DNA from: a bacterium
Lineage (GTDB): Bacteria; UBA8248
DNA length: 64,000 nt
NCBI GenBank assembly: GCA_965203325.1
Contig: OZ241875.1
Coordinates: 2,720,001 to 2,784,000 of the forward strand
Direction: 5' to 3'
Position 1 is the stretch's first letter. Every line of letters starts with the position of its first letter. Below, piece by piece: positions 19,462 to 30,287 of the stretch. Both the position numbers and the translations under genes were made by a program. The notes below the pieces were generated by a model. It saw nothing but the letters and a program-made list of their open reading frames with translations, had not been told where the DNA came from and ran no database searches.

Positions 19462-19878
19462 ATGCCCAATCTGATGAGACCCGGTTCGGTTCACGACGTA
19501 TTCAACCGCTTGCTGGAAGATTCCTTCGTCAAGCCTCTTGCCACCGGTGGCGAGGAAGGAATTCTGCCCGTCGACATCGCGCAAACCGATACAGACGTCG
19601 TGGTGCGCGCATCGCTTCCGGGATACAAAAAAGAGGACATCGACCTTCGGATCGAGAAGGGCGTACTCTCCATCAAGGCGACGAAGCAATCGGACCAAGA
19701 AGTCGAAGACGAGAAGTTCTATCGTCGCGAGCGTTTCATGGGTTCGGTGAGCCGGCGCATCGTGTTGCCCGGCATGGTGCGGAACGACGCGTCGAGCGCG
19801 GAACTCGTCGACGGCGTCCTCACGCTTCGCGTGCCCATCGCCGAGGCGAACAAGCCGAAGCAGATCCTGATCCAGTAA
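19462..19878 (+). CDS. Hsp20/alpha-crystallin small heat-shock protein
   Basis: PVDI, ASLPGYKKEDI, RRERFMG, A.LVDGVLTLRVP and C-terminal I-L-I; RBS AGGAGG. Confidence 0.95.
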   Translation: MPNLMRPGSVHDVFNRLLEDSFVKPLATGGEEGILPVDIAQTDTDVVVRASLPGYKKEDIDLRIEKGVLSIKATKQSDQEVEDEKFYRRERFMGSVSRRIVLPGMVRNDASSAELVDGVLTLRVPIAEANKPKQILIQ

Positions 19879-19892
19879 GCGAACCATCGTGT

Positions 19893-19929
19893 CCGGCCCC
19901 CGGCGTTGCGTCGGGGGCCGGTTCGTTTG
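19893..19929 (+). terminator. Putative intrinsic terminator of hsp20
   Basis: CCGGCCCCCGGCG-TTG-CGTCGGGGGCCGG followed by TTCGTTT. Confidence 0.6.
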
Positions 19930-20047
19930 AACGCTCCCCGCTTCCCGTATTTCTACGAGCCAACCCTGGATTATCGTCAGGTATCATAAGAACGCCGGTT
20001 CGGCCCGAGTCGTTTCAGGTGAAAATCAGTTGTTTCCGATTCGATAC

Positions 20048-20319
20048 GGGGTTGTTGAAAAAGGCTTGTCCGGCTTTCGAGATTGTTCACTGTAGGGACA
20101 GGCCCCCGTGCCTGTCCCTCTGAATCGCAACCAAGGGGATGGACATATCCGATACGGGCGGCCACGGGGGGCCGCCCCTACGGGGGAATGCGGTTTTGTT
20201 AGTCATTCCGGCGACAGCCGGAATGGCTAAGGATAGCCACGCACGTCCGTAGGGACAGGTCGCGACCTGTCCCTACAAAACCTGCAATCCCCGTTCATCG
20301 GGACTTTTTCAACAGCTCC
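20048..20319. mobile_element. MITE-like element A carrying REP hairpins
   Basis: Ends GGGGTTGTTGAAAAAG and CTTTTTCAACAGCTCC; flanked by a 5-bp direct repeat GATAC (20043-47, 20320-24); contains GTAG-REPs and GTCATTCCGGCG...GCCGGAAT. Confidence 0.72.
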
Positions 20320-20369
20320 GATACCTCATGAGTGGTGCGGTTGATGCCACTTGCTCGATGGCGCCGGTC

Positions 20370-21758
20370 TTACGCCCCCGCCACGGTGAGGCGGATGAGT
20401 TTTTCCGCCTTTTCTTGCGTCTCCAGCATGCGGCAGGTTCCAATGATTTCCCTGTAGCGCGGCTCCGGTATCGGCAGCCCCGGGGCGATGCCACAGATGC
20501 GGTTCACGAGTTCGTCGAAGCTGAAGATGAACTCCCGCCCGGTGGCCTGTCTGGTGAAGACCCCTCTTTCTTTGGTGAAGATACTCACCCTGGGGGCGAA
20601 AAGCCCCATCTCGCGGGAGGGGATGATGCGGACGCGCTCCATCATCTCGAGCACCTCGGGCGGGTCGTTCTCGCCGGGCGGGTCGTTCAGGAGCGGATAG
20701 CCGCGCTTCACGACGCCGTAGGCCGCGTAGTAATGCGTGCCGCCCACGCGCGCCGCGCCGTCCTCGCGGCGGTTCGGGAAGGCGGGGCTCGGGTAGTGTG
20801 TCTCCAGCCAGTTCACTTCCGTCTCCACGCGCTCGACCTCCTCAATGCGGATGTCGTTCTCCTCGCAGAGGCTCGCCGTCACGTCGATGTGGGCCAGGTT
20901 GTAGCCCGAGGTGGAGTAGATGCGGAAAAGCGTTTCGAGGAACAGCCACTCCTCCCCCAGCCCTCTGGTGATGTTGCCCAGGCTCGTTCTCGTATCGCCC
21001 GTGAAGCTGTAGGTGAGGCGGCCCTCGTTGTTTCCCGTGTAGGCGTGGTAGAAACCCGCTTCGCCCTCCAGCACCGTTTCCCCGCCGGCGTGGCCCCGCT
21101 CGGCCAGCGCCGCCGCGAGGAGAGCGTTTCGGACCGCACCGCCTTCCCTGAGTGCCTGTCCGCCGCTGCGCGGGCCTTCGAGGTTTCCGCTCGCGAGGCT
21201 CGCGCAGAGCGCAACCGCGCTGTTCATCTGATCTTCGCTCAAGCCCATGATCTTCCCGGCGGCGACGGCGGCCCCGAAAATCCCGAAGACGGGACCCGCA
21301 TGAAAACCGCGCGACATCACCGTGGGGATGAAGTCCGACGCCAGACGCTCCATGACCTCGTAGCCCGCGGCGACGCCCGTCAGAAAATCCGCCCCTGAGG
21401 CGCTCCGCGACTCCGCAGCAGCGAGGGTAGCGGGGATGATGGAGGTTCCCGGGTGGGTGAGCATGCGGAAGGTATCCCACTTGCCGCCCGCCAGGGCCAT
21501 TTCTGCGTTCGCAAAGGCGGCGCCTCCCTTCGTCGCTTCGGTCCCGTTCACCATGATGGTCGCGCCGCGATGAACGCCTGTTTCTTCTTCTGTGATGAAC
21601 TCGACGGCCCTGCGCCCGTTTTCGGTTTGAGAACCCAGAAGAGCGGAGCCGATGGCTTGTAAGGTAACGCCCTTGGCGCGGTCGACGACTTCTCCCGGCA
21701 GATCCGCGAAACGAAGCTCCGCCGCCCACCTTGCGAGCCTGCGGCTTAAAGACGCCAT
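20370..21758 (-). CDS. MmgE/PrpD family protein
   Basis: LARWAAELRFADLP.EVV.RAK, AAFANA, DT...THPG, GYEV, GFH, LEGEAGFY. Confidence 0.88.
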   Translation of the reverse strand: MASLSRRLARWAAELRFADLPGEVVDRAKGVTLQAIGSALLGSQTENGRRAVEFITEEETGVHRGATIMVNGTEATKGGAAFANAEMALAGGKWDTFRMLTHPGTSIIPATLAAAESRSASGADFLTGVAAGYEVMERLASDFIPTVMSRGFHAGPVFGIFGAAVAAGKIMGLSEDQMNSAVALCASLASGNLEGPRSGGQALREGGAVRNALLAAALAERGHAGGETVLEGEAGFYHAYTGNNEGRLTYSFTGDTRTSLGNITRGLGEEWLFLETLFRIYSTSGYNLAHIDVTASLCEENDIRIEEVERVETEVNWLETHYPSPAFPNRREDGAARVGGTHYYAAYGVVKRGYPLLNDPPGENDPPEVLEMMERVRIIPSREMGLFAPRVSIFTKERGVFTRQATGREFIFSFDELVNRICGIAPGLPIPEPRYREIIGTCRMLETQEKAEKLIRLTVAGA

Positions 21759-22033
21759 ATTAGTGGCCTTCCCGAAGGCGCAGGATGCACCCCGCGGGTG
21801 AGTAATCGCCTAGCCTGCGAGTGTTTGCTGGGGGGAATTCTGGTCATGAAAACGGCAATCCTCGAAACATGGGTGAAACAAAACAGAAACGACAATTTAA
21901 CCGAACCGCAAGATTCCCGCAAAGAAACCTCTCTATATTTCCATTCTGTCATCGAAGATTTTCTGTGTTCGTTTTGTTTTCAGGCCGCACGAGGCGGCCG
22001 CTTTTACAGAGAAAAGAAGGGGAGACTGAAAGA

Positions 22034-23362
22034 ATGAAGAGTAAGAAGAAGTTGATCGGAGCAGAAAAGCTGTCCCGCAGGAGATTCCTGAAGAAAGCGG
22101 GGGCGATGGGGCTCGGTGCGGCGGCGATGAGCGCGCTTCCGTTCCCGAACGTGATTCGGGCGGCCGAGCCCATCAAGATAGGGGTTCTGCACTCTCTGAG
22201 CGGAACCATGGCGATCAGCGAGGTTTCGCTGCGCGACGTGGTGCTGATGGCCGTGGAGGAGATCAACTCGGCCGGCGGCGTGATGAAGCGCCCCATCAAG
22301 CCCGTGGTCGTCGACCCGGCTTCTGACTGGGATTTGTTCGCCGAGAAGGCGAAGCAGCTTCTCCTGAAGGACAAGGTGGACGTGACTTTCGGCTGCTGGA
22401 CTTCGGTGAGCCGCAAATCCGTTCTTCCCGTGTATGAGAAGAACAACGGCCTTCTCTTCTACCCGGTGCAGTACGAGGGCGAGGAGTGCTCGAAGAACGT
22501 CTTCTACACGGGCGCGACGCCGAACCAGCAGTTGATTCCGGCAGCCGATTACATGATGAGCGAGGACGGCGGCGGATTCAAGAAGTTCTACCTGCTCGGT
22601 ACCGATTACGTGTTCCCGCGCACGGCGAACAAGATACTCCGGGCCTTCCTGCTGGCGAAAGGCGTGCCGGCTGCGAACATCATGGAAGAGTACACGCCCT
22701 TCCACCACCAGGATTACCAGACCATCGTGGGCAAGGTGAAATCGTTCGCCTCGGGCGGCGACGCCGCCGTGCTCAGCACCATCAACGGCGACAGCAACGT
22801 GCCCTTCTACAAGGAGTTCGCGAACCAGGGTCTGCGCTCCGAAGACGTGCCCATCATGGCGTTCAGCGTGGCGGAGGACGAGTTGCGCGGCATGGACTCG
22901 AAATCGCTCGTCGGGCACCTGGCGGCCTGGAACTACTACCAGTCGATCGACACGCCGCAGAACAAGAAGTTCGTCAAGAACTTCAAGACCTACTGCAAGA
23001 AGATGGGCCTGCCGGGCGGTGCCAGCCGCGTGACGGACGACCCCATCGAGGCGGCCTACCTCGGCGTCTACATCTGGAAGCAGGCGGTCGAGAAAGCGGG
23101 CACCACGAAGGTGGACGACGTACGCAAGGCGGCTTACGGGATGGGCTTCGAGGCGCCGGGCGGATTCAAGAAGATCGACGAGAAGAACCACCATCTGCAC
23201 AAGCCCGTGCTCATCGGCGAAATCCTCAAGAACGGGCAATTCGAAATCGTCTCGCAGACGAAGGGCCTCGTGGCGCCCGAACCCTGGAGCAAGTACACGA
23301 GTCCGGACAAGAGCTGTGACTGGGTAAATCACCAGGGAACGTATAAGAAGTCTGCCACCTAG
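22034..23362 (+). CDS. urtA: Urea ABC transporter substrate-binding protein with a twin-arginine signal
   Basis: SRRRFLK Tat motif; IKIGVLHSLSGTMAISE, GCWTSVSRK, YPVQYEG, DYVFPRTAN. Confidence 0.95.
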   Translation: MKSKKKLIGAEKLSRRRFLKKAGAMGLGAAAMSALPFPNVIRAAEPIKIGVLHSLSGTMAISEVSLRDVVLMAVEEINSAGGVMKRPIKPVVVDPASDWDLFAEKAKQLLLKDKVDVTFGCWTSVSRKSVLPVYEKNNGLLFYPVQYEGEECSKNVFYTGATPNQQLIPAADYMMSEDGGGFKKFYLLGTDYVFPRTANKILRAFLLAKGVPAANIMEEYTPFHHQDYQTIVGKVKSFASGGDAAVLSTINGDSNVPFYKEFANQGLRSEDVPIMAFSVAEDELRGMDSKSLVGHLAAWNYYQSIDTPQNKKFVKNFKTYCKKMGLPGGASRVTDDPIEAAYLGVYIWKQAVEKAGTTKVDDVRKAAYGMGFEAPGGFKKIDEKNHHLHKPVLIGEILKNGQFEIVSQTKGLVAPEPWSKYTSPDKSCDWVNHQGTYKKSAT

Positions 23363-23474
23363 TTGCAAGAACCGCCCGGGGGGAGCCGGTTTCGGCTTCC
23401 CCATGGGCGGCCCAAAAGAAAAACATGTGAATCGCAAATACCGGCGATGTGCCAAATACGGCGAAGGAGGGGGT

Positions 23475-25205
23475 ATGCAGCAAGCCGGCGTTAGGGCGAT
23501 TCCGCGTGGAGCGTCGGCGAGGTCATTCATATCTCGCGTCCTTATTCTGGTATTCGCGCTCGGCTTTGGCTTGGCCGCAAGGGGAGAAGCGCGAACCGAA
23601 ACGTTTTCACCGGCCATCCAGGCGGAGATCGCGCAGTTAGGATCGAAGAATCGAAAGAAAAGAAGACGCGCTGCCCTCGGTCTCGCGAAGCGCCTCGAGC
23701 CAAAGCTGCTACCCCTTCTTTTGGCGCTTCGCGAGGGCAGCCTTTTTCGCTGGAAGCCTGATTCGGGCGAGGCCCGGTTCGTCATCGGCGGAGACGCCGT
23801 GACGCGAGACGATAAGGAATACGTTCCCCTTTTCTCGATTCACGGGAAAAAACGGCTCACCTCCGCAGACGGGAAACCCCTTTTCGTTCTTGATGAACAA
23901 CTCGGTAAAATCCGCGCCGGCAGAAGAATCCGCCGCGCCATCAAGCCCTATCTGAACCAGCTCCAAAGCTCGGCGCAGCTCCACTCCGCCGACCCGAACG
24001 TGCGCCGCGCGGCAGCCACGCGGATGGCGCGGGTGGGGGATAAGAATCTCATCCCGCTGCTCGACAAGGTCCTCGAGAACGAGACCCACTGGCTGGGCCG
24101 CCATGCGCTCATCGAGGCGAAGGCGCTGATCCGGTTGAAATCGCCGAACCCCGAAGAGAGGCGCTCGGCCGCCGCCACCCTCGGCGAGATTCACGGGCTG
24201 AACGCCGTCTCGGTGCTCCAGCGCCTGGCGGACAAGGACGCGGACGCTTCCGTGCGCGCGGCGGCGAGCGAGGCCATCGGGGAGATCGAGGGCTACCAGA
24301 GTTGGACCGCGACGATCGACACCCTGTTCCGGGGCATGAGCCTGGGCTCCATCCTGTTGCTGATGGCGCTGGGGCTGGCCATCGTCTTCGGCCTGATGGG
24401 CGTCATCAACATGGCGCACGGGGAGTTGATGATGCTCGGCGCCTACGCCACCTTCATCATCCAGGGCGTTTTCATCTCGTATTTGCCGCAGAATTACTTT
24501 GGCTGGTATTTCTTGCTGGCGCTTCCCGTCGCGTTCCTGGCCTCGGCCCTGATGGGCTGGCTCATGGAGATTTCCATCATCCGCCATCTGTACGGCCGGC
24601 CGCTGGAGACGCTGCTGACCACCTGGGGGATCAGCCTGATCCTCCGGCAAGCCGTCCGGCAGGTGTTCGGCGCGCAGAACGTGGACGTGAAATCTCCCGA
24701 GTGGCTGAGCGGGGGGTATCACCTGATGGTCGGCGTCCAGTTCCCCTACAACCGCATGTTCATCATCGCGCTGGCCGTCTTCTGCGTGGCGGGCACGTAT
24801 TTGTTCCTCTTCCGCACGCGGGCGGGCCTGCGGATTCGCGCCGTGACCCAGAACCGGGGCATGAGCACCTGCCTGGGCGTTCCCTCCCGCCGCGTGGACG
24901 CGGGCACGTTCGCCTTCGGCGCGGGGCTGGCCGGCATGGCGGGCGCGGCCTTGAGCCAGGTCGGGAACGTGGGGCCTGATTTGGGGCAGAACTACATTGT
25001 GGATTCGTTCATGGTGGTGGTGACGGGCGGCGTGGGCAAGATTCTCGGAACCATCGTGGCGGGCTTCGGCATCGGCGGCATGAACAAGATGCTCGAGCCG
25101 GCGATGGGCGCGGTGTTCGGCAAGGTGGTGATTCTGGTTCTGGTGATCCTCTTCCTGCAGAGAAGGCCGGAGGGGCTGTTCGCCGTCCGCACGAGAGGGG
25201 CTTGA
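23475..25205 (+). CDS. urtB: Urea ABC permease with N-terminal HEAT-repeat domain
   Basis: GLMGVINMAHGE, LYGRPLETLL.TWG, GNVGPDLGQ.YIVDSF; start after GGAGG. Confidence 0.92.
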   Translation: MQQAGVRAIPRGASARSFISRVLILVFALGFGLAARGEARTETFSPAIQAEIAQLGSKNRKKRRRAALGLAKRLEPKLLPLLLALREGSLFRWKPDSGEARFVIGGDAVTRDDKEYVPLFSIHGKKRLTSADGKPLFVLDEQLGKIRAGRRIRRAIKPYLNQLQSSAQLHSADPNVRRAAATRMARVGDKNLIPLLDKVLENETHWLGRHALIEAKALIRLKSPNPEERRSAAATLGEIHGLNAVSVLQRLADKDADASVRAAASEAIGEIEGYQSWTATIDTLFRGMSLGSILLLMALGLAIVFGLMGVINMAHGELMMLGAYATFIIQGVFISYLPQNYFGWYFLLALPVAFLASALMGWLMEISIIRHLYGRPLETLLTTWGISLILRQAVRQVFGAQNVDVKSPEWLSGGYHLMVGVQFPYNRMFIIALAVFCVAGTYLFLFRTRAGLRIRAVTQNRGMSTCLGVPSRRVDAGTFAFGAGLAGMAGAALSQVGNVGPDLGQNYIVDSFMVVVTGGVGKILGTIVAGFGIGGMNKMLEPAMGAVFGKVVILVLVILFLQRRPEGLFAVRTRGA

Positions 25206-25211
25206 TACGCG

Positions 25212-26378
25212 ATGCCGGGTGAAACTCTGGTGGACAGGATGGAGAAGAAAGTCGGCGGCGTCGTTCTCGTGATCGCGGCGTTCTGGTTCATCGTCGCCAT
25301 GCCTTCGCTGAACGCCTTCGGGACGCCGGGTTCGTTTTTCCATGTTTCTGATTTCACGCTCAACCTGTTCGGAAAATTCCTGGCCTACGCCATCCTGGCG
25401 CTGGGCCTCGATTTGATATGGGGCTACACCGGCATCCTGAGCATGGGCCACGGCGTGTTCTTCGGTCTGGGCGCCTATTGCATGGGCATGTACCTCACGC
25501 TCGAGATCGGCGGCGAGGGGGTCTACCAGAGCAAGCTGCCCGACTTCATGGTCTGGAACCGCGTGAAGGAGCTGCCCCTTTTCTGGAAGCCGTTCCACTC
25601 GTTCTTCTTCACGACGCTCGCGGTGGCGGTGGTGCCCGGTATGCTGGCGGCCGTCTTCGGCTTCCTCGCCTTCAGAACAAGGGTGCGCGGCGTGTACTTC
25701 GCCATCATCACGCAGGCGCTGGCGCTCTCCGCCTGGCTCGTCTTCAACAGAAACGAGGTGAACCTGGGCGGCACGAACGGCCTCACCAACTTCAAGAAAA
25801 TCCTCGGCTTCACGCTCACCGAAGCGTCCACGCAGCGGGGGCTTTACGTCGCAACCGCGCTCGCGCTTTGCGGCGCGTACCTGCTCTGCCGCTGGATAGT
25901 GAAATCACGCGCCGGGAAGATTCTCCTGGCGATCCGGGACGCGGAGAACCGCGTGCTCTATTCCGGCTACACGCCCGCGAACTACAAGGTGTTCGTCTTC
26001 TCCGTCTCCGCCATGCTGGCGGGGGTCGCGGGCGCGCTGTACGTGCCCCAGGTGGGCATCATCACGCCCGGGCGGATCGGCGTGCTGCCCTCCATCGAGA
26101 TGGTCATCTGGGTGGCGGTCGGCGGGCGGGGGTCGCTCATCGGCGCCGTGGTCGGCGCTGTCGGGGTGAACTGGGCGCGGAGCTACCTCACGTCGAGTTA
26201 TCCGGATTACTGGCTATATTTCCTGGGCGGCATATTCGTCCTGGTGGTCCAGTTCTTCCCGGACGGCATCCTCGGCGTGGTGCGCGATGCGCCCCGGAAG
26301 CTGGAAAAATGGGTCCGCCGCACGACTCGCCCGGCGGCCGGGGATGAGAGCCTTGCGCCTGTGCGCAGTGAAGGCTAG
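25212..26378 (+). CDS. urtC: Urea ABC permease
   Basis: GLDLIWGY.GILS.GHG, LPDFMVW, GVYFAIITQA, GGTNGLT, YVPQVGII. Confidence 0.95.
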   Translation: MPGETLVDRMEKKVGGVVLVIAAFWFIVAMPSLNAFGTPGSFFHVSDFTLNLFGKFLAYAILALGLDLIWGYTGILSMGHGVFFGLGAYCMGMYLTLEIGGEGVYQSKLPDFMVWNRVKELPLFWKPFHSFFFTTLAVAVVPGMLAAVFGFLAFRTRVRGVYFAIITQALALSAWLVFNRNEVNLGGTNGLTNFKKILGFTLTEASTQRGLYVATALALCGAYLLCRWIVKSRAGKILLAIRDAENRVLYSGYTPANYKVFVFSVSAMLAGVAGALYVPQVGIITPGRIGVLPSIEMVIWVAVGGRGSLIGAVVGAVGVNWARSYLTSSYPDYWLYFLGGIFVLVVQFFPDGILGVVRDAPRKLEKWVRRTTRPAAGDESLAPVRSEG

Positions 26379-26388
26379 GGGGAAACGC

Positions 26389-27156
26389 ATGGCGCTGACA
26401 TCGAAAAGCATACTCTACATGGAAGACGTGTTCGTCGTCTTCGACGGCTTCAAGGCGCTGAACGCGCTCAACTTCAGCATGGACAGGGGGGAGCTTCGCT
26501 GCGTCATCGGCCCGAACGGCGCGGGGAAAACGACGCTTCTCGACGTCGTGACCGGCAAGGTGAAGCCCGACTCGGGGCGGGTGGTCTTCAAGGAGAAGAC
26601 CAACCTCGCGCGCATGCGCCAGGAGGAGATATCGAACGCTGGGATCGGCAGAAAATTCCAGACGCCGACGATTTACGAGAACCTGACGGTGCGCGATAAT
26701 CTCGAACTCTCCGTGAAGCAGGACAAGAAGGTGACATCGCTTCTATTCGGCGGGGCCTCGCCCGAGGCGCAAGAGCGCGTCGAGGAGACGCTCGACGTCA
26801 TCGGCCTCGCGTCCAAGAGCGGCTGGCGGGCCGGCCTGCTCGCCCACGGCGAGAAGCAGTGGCTCGAGATCGGCATGGTGGTGGTGCAGGACCCCGACCT
26901 GCTCCTCGTCGATGAGCCTGTGGCGGGCATGACGGAGGGGGAGACGGAGAAGACGGCGGCGCTTCTGAGGCGCATCGCCGAGCATCGCTCGGTCCTCGTC
27001 ATCGAGCACGACATGAAGTTCGTGCGCGAGATCGCCGAGCGCGTCACCGTGCTGCACGAGGGCGCGGTGATATGCGAGGGCTCCATCGACCACGTGCACA
27101 AGGACGAGCGGGTGGTCGAACTCTATCTGGGCAGGGGAAGCGAGGAACATGCTTAG
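26389..27156 (+). CDS. urtD: Urea ABC ATPase
   Basis: FDGFKAL, GPNGAGKTT, GRKFQTP, HGEKQWLEIGM. Confidence 0.95.
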   Translation: MALTSKSILYMEDVFVVFDGFKALNALNFSMDRGELRCVIGPNGAGKTTLLDVVTGKVKPDSGRVVFKEKTNLARMRQEEISNAGIGRKFQTPTIYENLTVRDNLELSVKQDKKVTSLLFGGASPEAQERVEETLDVIGLASKSGWRAGLLAHGEKQWLEIGMVVVQDPDLLLVDEPVAGMTEGETEKTAALLRRIAEHRSVLVIEHDMKFVREIAERVTVLHEGAVICEGSIDHVHKDERVVELYLGRGSEEHA

Positions 27157-27844
27157 GGTGGACGGGCTGCACGCCTACTACGGGGAGAGCCACATTCTGC
27201 GCGGCCTCGACCTCGATGTGGGCCCCGGCGAAATCGCGGGCATCATCGGCAGAAACGGCATGGGCAAGACCACGTTCCTGAAATCCATCGTCGGTCTGCT
27301 CAGGCCCAAGCTCGGAAAAATCGAGTTCCTGGAGCGCGACATCACCGCGTCGAGGCCCGAGGCGCGCGCGAGGCTCGGCGTCGCCTACGTCCCCCAGGGA
27401 CGGGAGATATTCCCGCAGCTCAGCGTGCACGAGAATCTCCTGCTGGGGCTGGAAGCCCACCCCGAACGCCCCAGGTATTATGACGAGAGTGTTTTCGAGC
27501 TTTTTCCCGTCTTGAAGGAGATGCTCGGAAGAAAGGGAGGCGTGCTTAGCGGCGGCCAGCAGCAGCAACTCGCCATCGCCCGCGCCCTGGTGAGCGAACC
27601 CAGGCTCTTGCTGCTCGACGAGCCGACCGAGGGCATTCAGCCCTCCATTATCATGGACATCGAGAGCGTTCTGTGGAAGATCAAGGAACGCGGCGACGTG
27701 GGCATCATCTTGGTGGAGCAGTACCTGGAGTTCGCCTGGCGGCTTTCGGATCGATACTACGTGATGGAAAAAGGGGAATTCACGGCCACGGGAGAGGCGG
27801 AGGGCGAGTGCGACGCAGCGCTGCTCGACCGCCTGACCGCGTAG
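27149..27844 (+). CDS. urtE: Urea ABC ATPase
   Basis: [44 protein letters not shown]. Confidence 0.95.
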   Translation: MLRVDGLHAYYGESHILRGLDLDVGPGEIAGIIGRNGMGKTTFLKSIVGLLRPKLGKIEFLERDITASRPEARARLGVAYVPQGREIFPQLSVHENLLLGLEAHPERPRYYDESVFELFPVLKEMLGRKGGVLSGGQQQQLAIARALVSEPRLLLLDEPTEGIQPSIIMDIESVLWKIKERGDVGIILVEQYLEFAWRLSDRYYVMEKGEFTATGEAEGECDAALLDRLTA

Positions 27845-27878
27845 CCGCTCGCAGGAATTTTCTGACAGGAGGCAGGCA

Positions 27879-28184
27879 ATGCATCTGACCCCGAGGGAGC
27901 AGGAGAAGCTCCTCGTTTTCGTTGCGGCGGAGTTGGCGCAGAAGCGCCGCGCGCGGGGCCTCAAGCTCAATTACCCCGAAGCCGTCAGCATCATCACGGC
28001 CGAGGTGCTCGAAGGCGCGCGCGACGGCAAGTCCGTCGCCGAGCTGATGCGCTACGGCGCGACGATTCTCACGCGAGACGACGTCATGGAGGGCGTGCCC
28101 GAGATGATTCACGAGGTGCAGGTCGAGGGCACCTTCCCCGACGGCACCAAGCTCGTGACGGTGCACGACCCGATACGCGGCTGA
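27879..28184 (+). CDS. ureA: Urease subunit gamma
   Basis: [34 protein letters not shown]. Confidence 0.98.
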   Translation: MHLTPREQEKLLVFVAAELAQKRRARGLKLNYPEAVSIITAEVLEGARDGKSVAELMRYGATILTRDDVMEGVPEMIHEVQVEGTFPDGTKLVTVHDPIRG

Positions 28185-28194
28185 AGGAGAGGGC

Positions 28195-28566
28195 ATGATA
28201 CCTGGCGAATACATTCTGGCGGACGGCGAGATCGTCCTGAACGAAGGGCGCGAGACCGCCACGCTCCTCGTGGCGAACCGGGGCGACAGGCCCATCCAGG
28301 TGGGTTCGCACTTTCATTTTTTTGAAGTGAACCGCCTGCTCGATTTCGACAGGAAGGCGGCCTTCGGGATGCGGCTGGACATACCGGCGGGAACGGCCGT
28401 GCGCTTCGAGCCCGGCGACGAAAAAGAAGTGACGCTCGTCGCCTTCGCGGGCGCGCGCACCGCCATGGGGCTGAACGCGCTGACCGAAGGCGCGCTCGAT
28501 TCCGCCGCCGTGCGCGAGGGCGCGATGGAGAAAGCCCGAGCCGAGGGATACGGGGGGACGGACTGA
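28195..28566 (+). CDS. ureB: Urease subunit beta
   Basis: [37 protein letters not shown]. Confidence 0.98.
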   Translation: MIPGEYILADGEIVLNEGRETATLLVANRGDRPIQVGSHFHFFEVNRLLDFDRKAAFGMRLDIPAGTAVRFEPGDEKEVTLVAFAGARTAMGLNALTEGALDSAAVREGAMEKARAEGYGGTD

Positions 28567-30278
28567 TGGCATTTCGAATGGACAGGCGCGCCTACGCCGA
28601 TATGTTCGGCCCCACGGTGGGGGACAAGGTGCGCCTCGCGGACACCGGGCTTTTCATCGAGGTCGAAGAAGACCGCACCGTCTACGGCGATGAGTCGAAA
28701 TTCGGCGGCGGCAAGGTCATCAGGGACGGCATGGGGCAATCCCCCACCGAGACGCGCGAGGCCGACGCGCTCGACCTGCTCATCACGAACGCGCTGATCC
28801 TCGACTACTGGGGCGTGGTGAAGGCGGACGTAGGGATCAAGGACGGGAAGATCGCCGGGATCGGCAAGTCGGGCAACCCCCACCTGATGCAGGGGGTGGA
28901 CATGACTATCGGCGCCGCCACGGAAGTCCTGGCGGGCGAGGGGATGATACTCACCGCGGGCGGCATCGACACCCACATCCACTTCATCTGTCCCCAGCAG
29001 ATAGACGAGGCGCTCTCCTCGGGCGTCACCACCATGTTCGGCGGGGGAACCGGCCCTGCGACGGGCACGAACGCCACCACATGCACCCCGGGGGCGTGGA
29101 ACATCGCCCGGATGCTCCAGGCGGCGGAGGCCTACCCCATGAACCTGGGCTTCCTGGGCAAGGGGAACGCCTCGCGCGCAGAGCCCTTGGTCGAGCAGAT
29201 CCGCGCGGGCGCGGTGGGCCTGAAACTCCATGAGGACTGGGGAACCACGCCCGCAGCGATCGATTGCTGCCTCGGCGTGGCGGAAGACATGGACGTGCAG
29301 GTGTGCATCCACACCGATACGCTCAACGAGTCGGGCTTCGTCGAGACCTCCATCGCCGCGTTCAAGGGCCGGACCATCCACACCTATCACACCGAAGGGG
29401 CGGGCGGCGGCCATGCGCCCGACATCATCCGCGTGTGCGGGGAGGCGGGTGTGCTGCCCTCCTCGACGAACCCCACGCGGCCCTTCACGGTGAACACGGT
29501 GGACGAGCATCTCGACATGCTCATGGTGTGCCACCATCTCGACAGCAAGATTCCAGAGGACGTGGCCTTCGCCGAATCGAGAATCCGGGCGGAGACCATC
29601 GCGGCCGAGGACATTCTCCACGACATGGGCGCTTTCAGCATGATGGGCTCGGACTCCCAGGCCATGGGCCGCGTGGGCGAGGTGGTCATCCGCACCTGGC
29701 AGACGGCGGACAAGATGAAGCGCCAGCGCGGCGCGCTGGCCGAGGAAAGCGGCGCGAACGACAACTTCCGCGCCAAGCGCTACGTGGCGAAATACACCAT
29801 CAACCCCGCGGTCGCGCACGGGATTTCCGATTACGTCGGCTCTATCGAAGTCGGCAAGATGGCCGACCTGGTGCTCTGGAAGCCCGCCTTTTTCGGCGTG
29901 AAGCCCGAAGTCGTCGTGAAGGGCGGCTTCATCGCCCATGCGGCGATGGGCGATCCCAACGCCTCCATCCCCACTCCACAGCCCGTTCTGGGCCGGCCCA
30001 TGTTCGGTTCGATGGGACGCGCGGTCGGCCCGACCTCTTACACTTTTGTCTCTCAGGCGGCGGCGGAAGATCGACTGGGCGAAGCGCTGGGTCTCACCAA
30101 GATCGTAGCGCCCGTCTCGAACTGCCGCGCGATCGGGAAAAAAGACATGCGGCTGAACGACGCCCTGCCTGACATCGAGGTCGATCCCGAAACCTACGTG
30201 GTGAGGGCGGACGGGGAGACGCTCACGTGTGAACCCGCCGAGGTGCTCCCCATGGCGCAGCGGTATTTTCTGTTCTAG
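28566..30278 (+). CDS. ureC: Urease subunit alpha (Ni active site intact)
   Basis: [52 protein letters not shown]. Confidence 0.99.
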   Translation: MAFRMDRRAYADMFGPTVGDKVRLADTGLFIEVEEDRTVYGDESKFGGGKVIRDGMGQSPTETREADALDLLITNALILDYWGVVKADVGIKDGKIAGIGKSGNPHLMQGVDMTIGAATEVLAGEGMILTAGGIDTHIHFICPQQIDEALSSGVTTMFGGGTGPATGTNATTCTPGAWNIARMLQAAEAYPMNLGFLGKGNASRAEPLVEQIRAGAVGLKLHEDWGTTPAAIDCCLGVAEDMDVQVCIHTDTLNESGFVETSIAAFKGRTIHTYHTEGAGGGHAPDIIRVCGEAGVLPSSTNPTRPFTVNTVDEHLDMLMVCHHLDSKIPEDVAFAESRIRAETIAAEDILHDMGAFSMMGSDSQAMGRVGEVVIRTWQTADKMKRQRGALAEESGANDNFRAKRYVAKYTINPAVAHGISDYVGSIEVGKMADLVLWKPAFFGVKPEVVVKGGFIAHAAMGDPNASIPTPQPVLGRPMFGSMGRAVGPTSYTFVSQAAAEDRLGEALGLTKIVAPVSNCRAIGKKDMRLNDALPDIEVDPETYVVRADGETLTCEPAEVLPMAQRYFLF

Positions 30279-30287
30279 GAGGCGGCG

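Noticed and set aside
21786..21802. NtrC-like site TGCACC-N5-GGTGAG upstream of urtA
   Set aside because: Imperfect match, and no convincing sigma54 -24/-12 promoter was found downstream.
23475..24300. N-terminal HEAT-repeat extension of UrtB as a novel fusion
   Set aside because: Long UrtB proteins with such extensions are already known.
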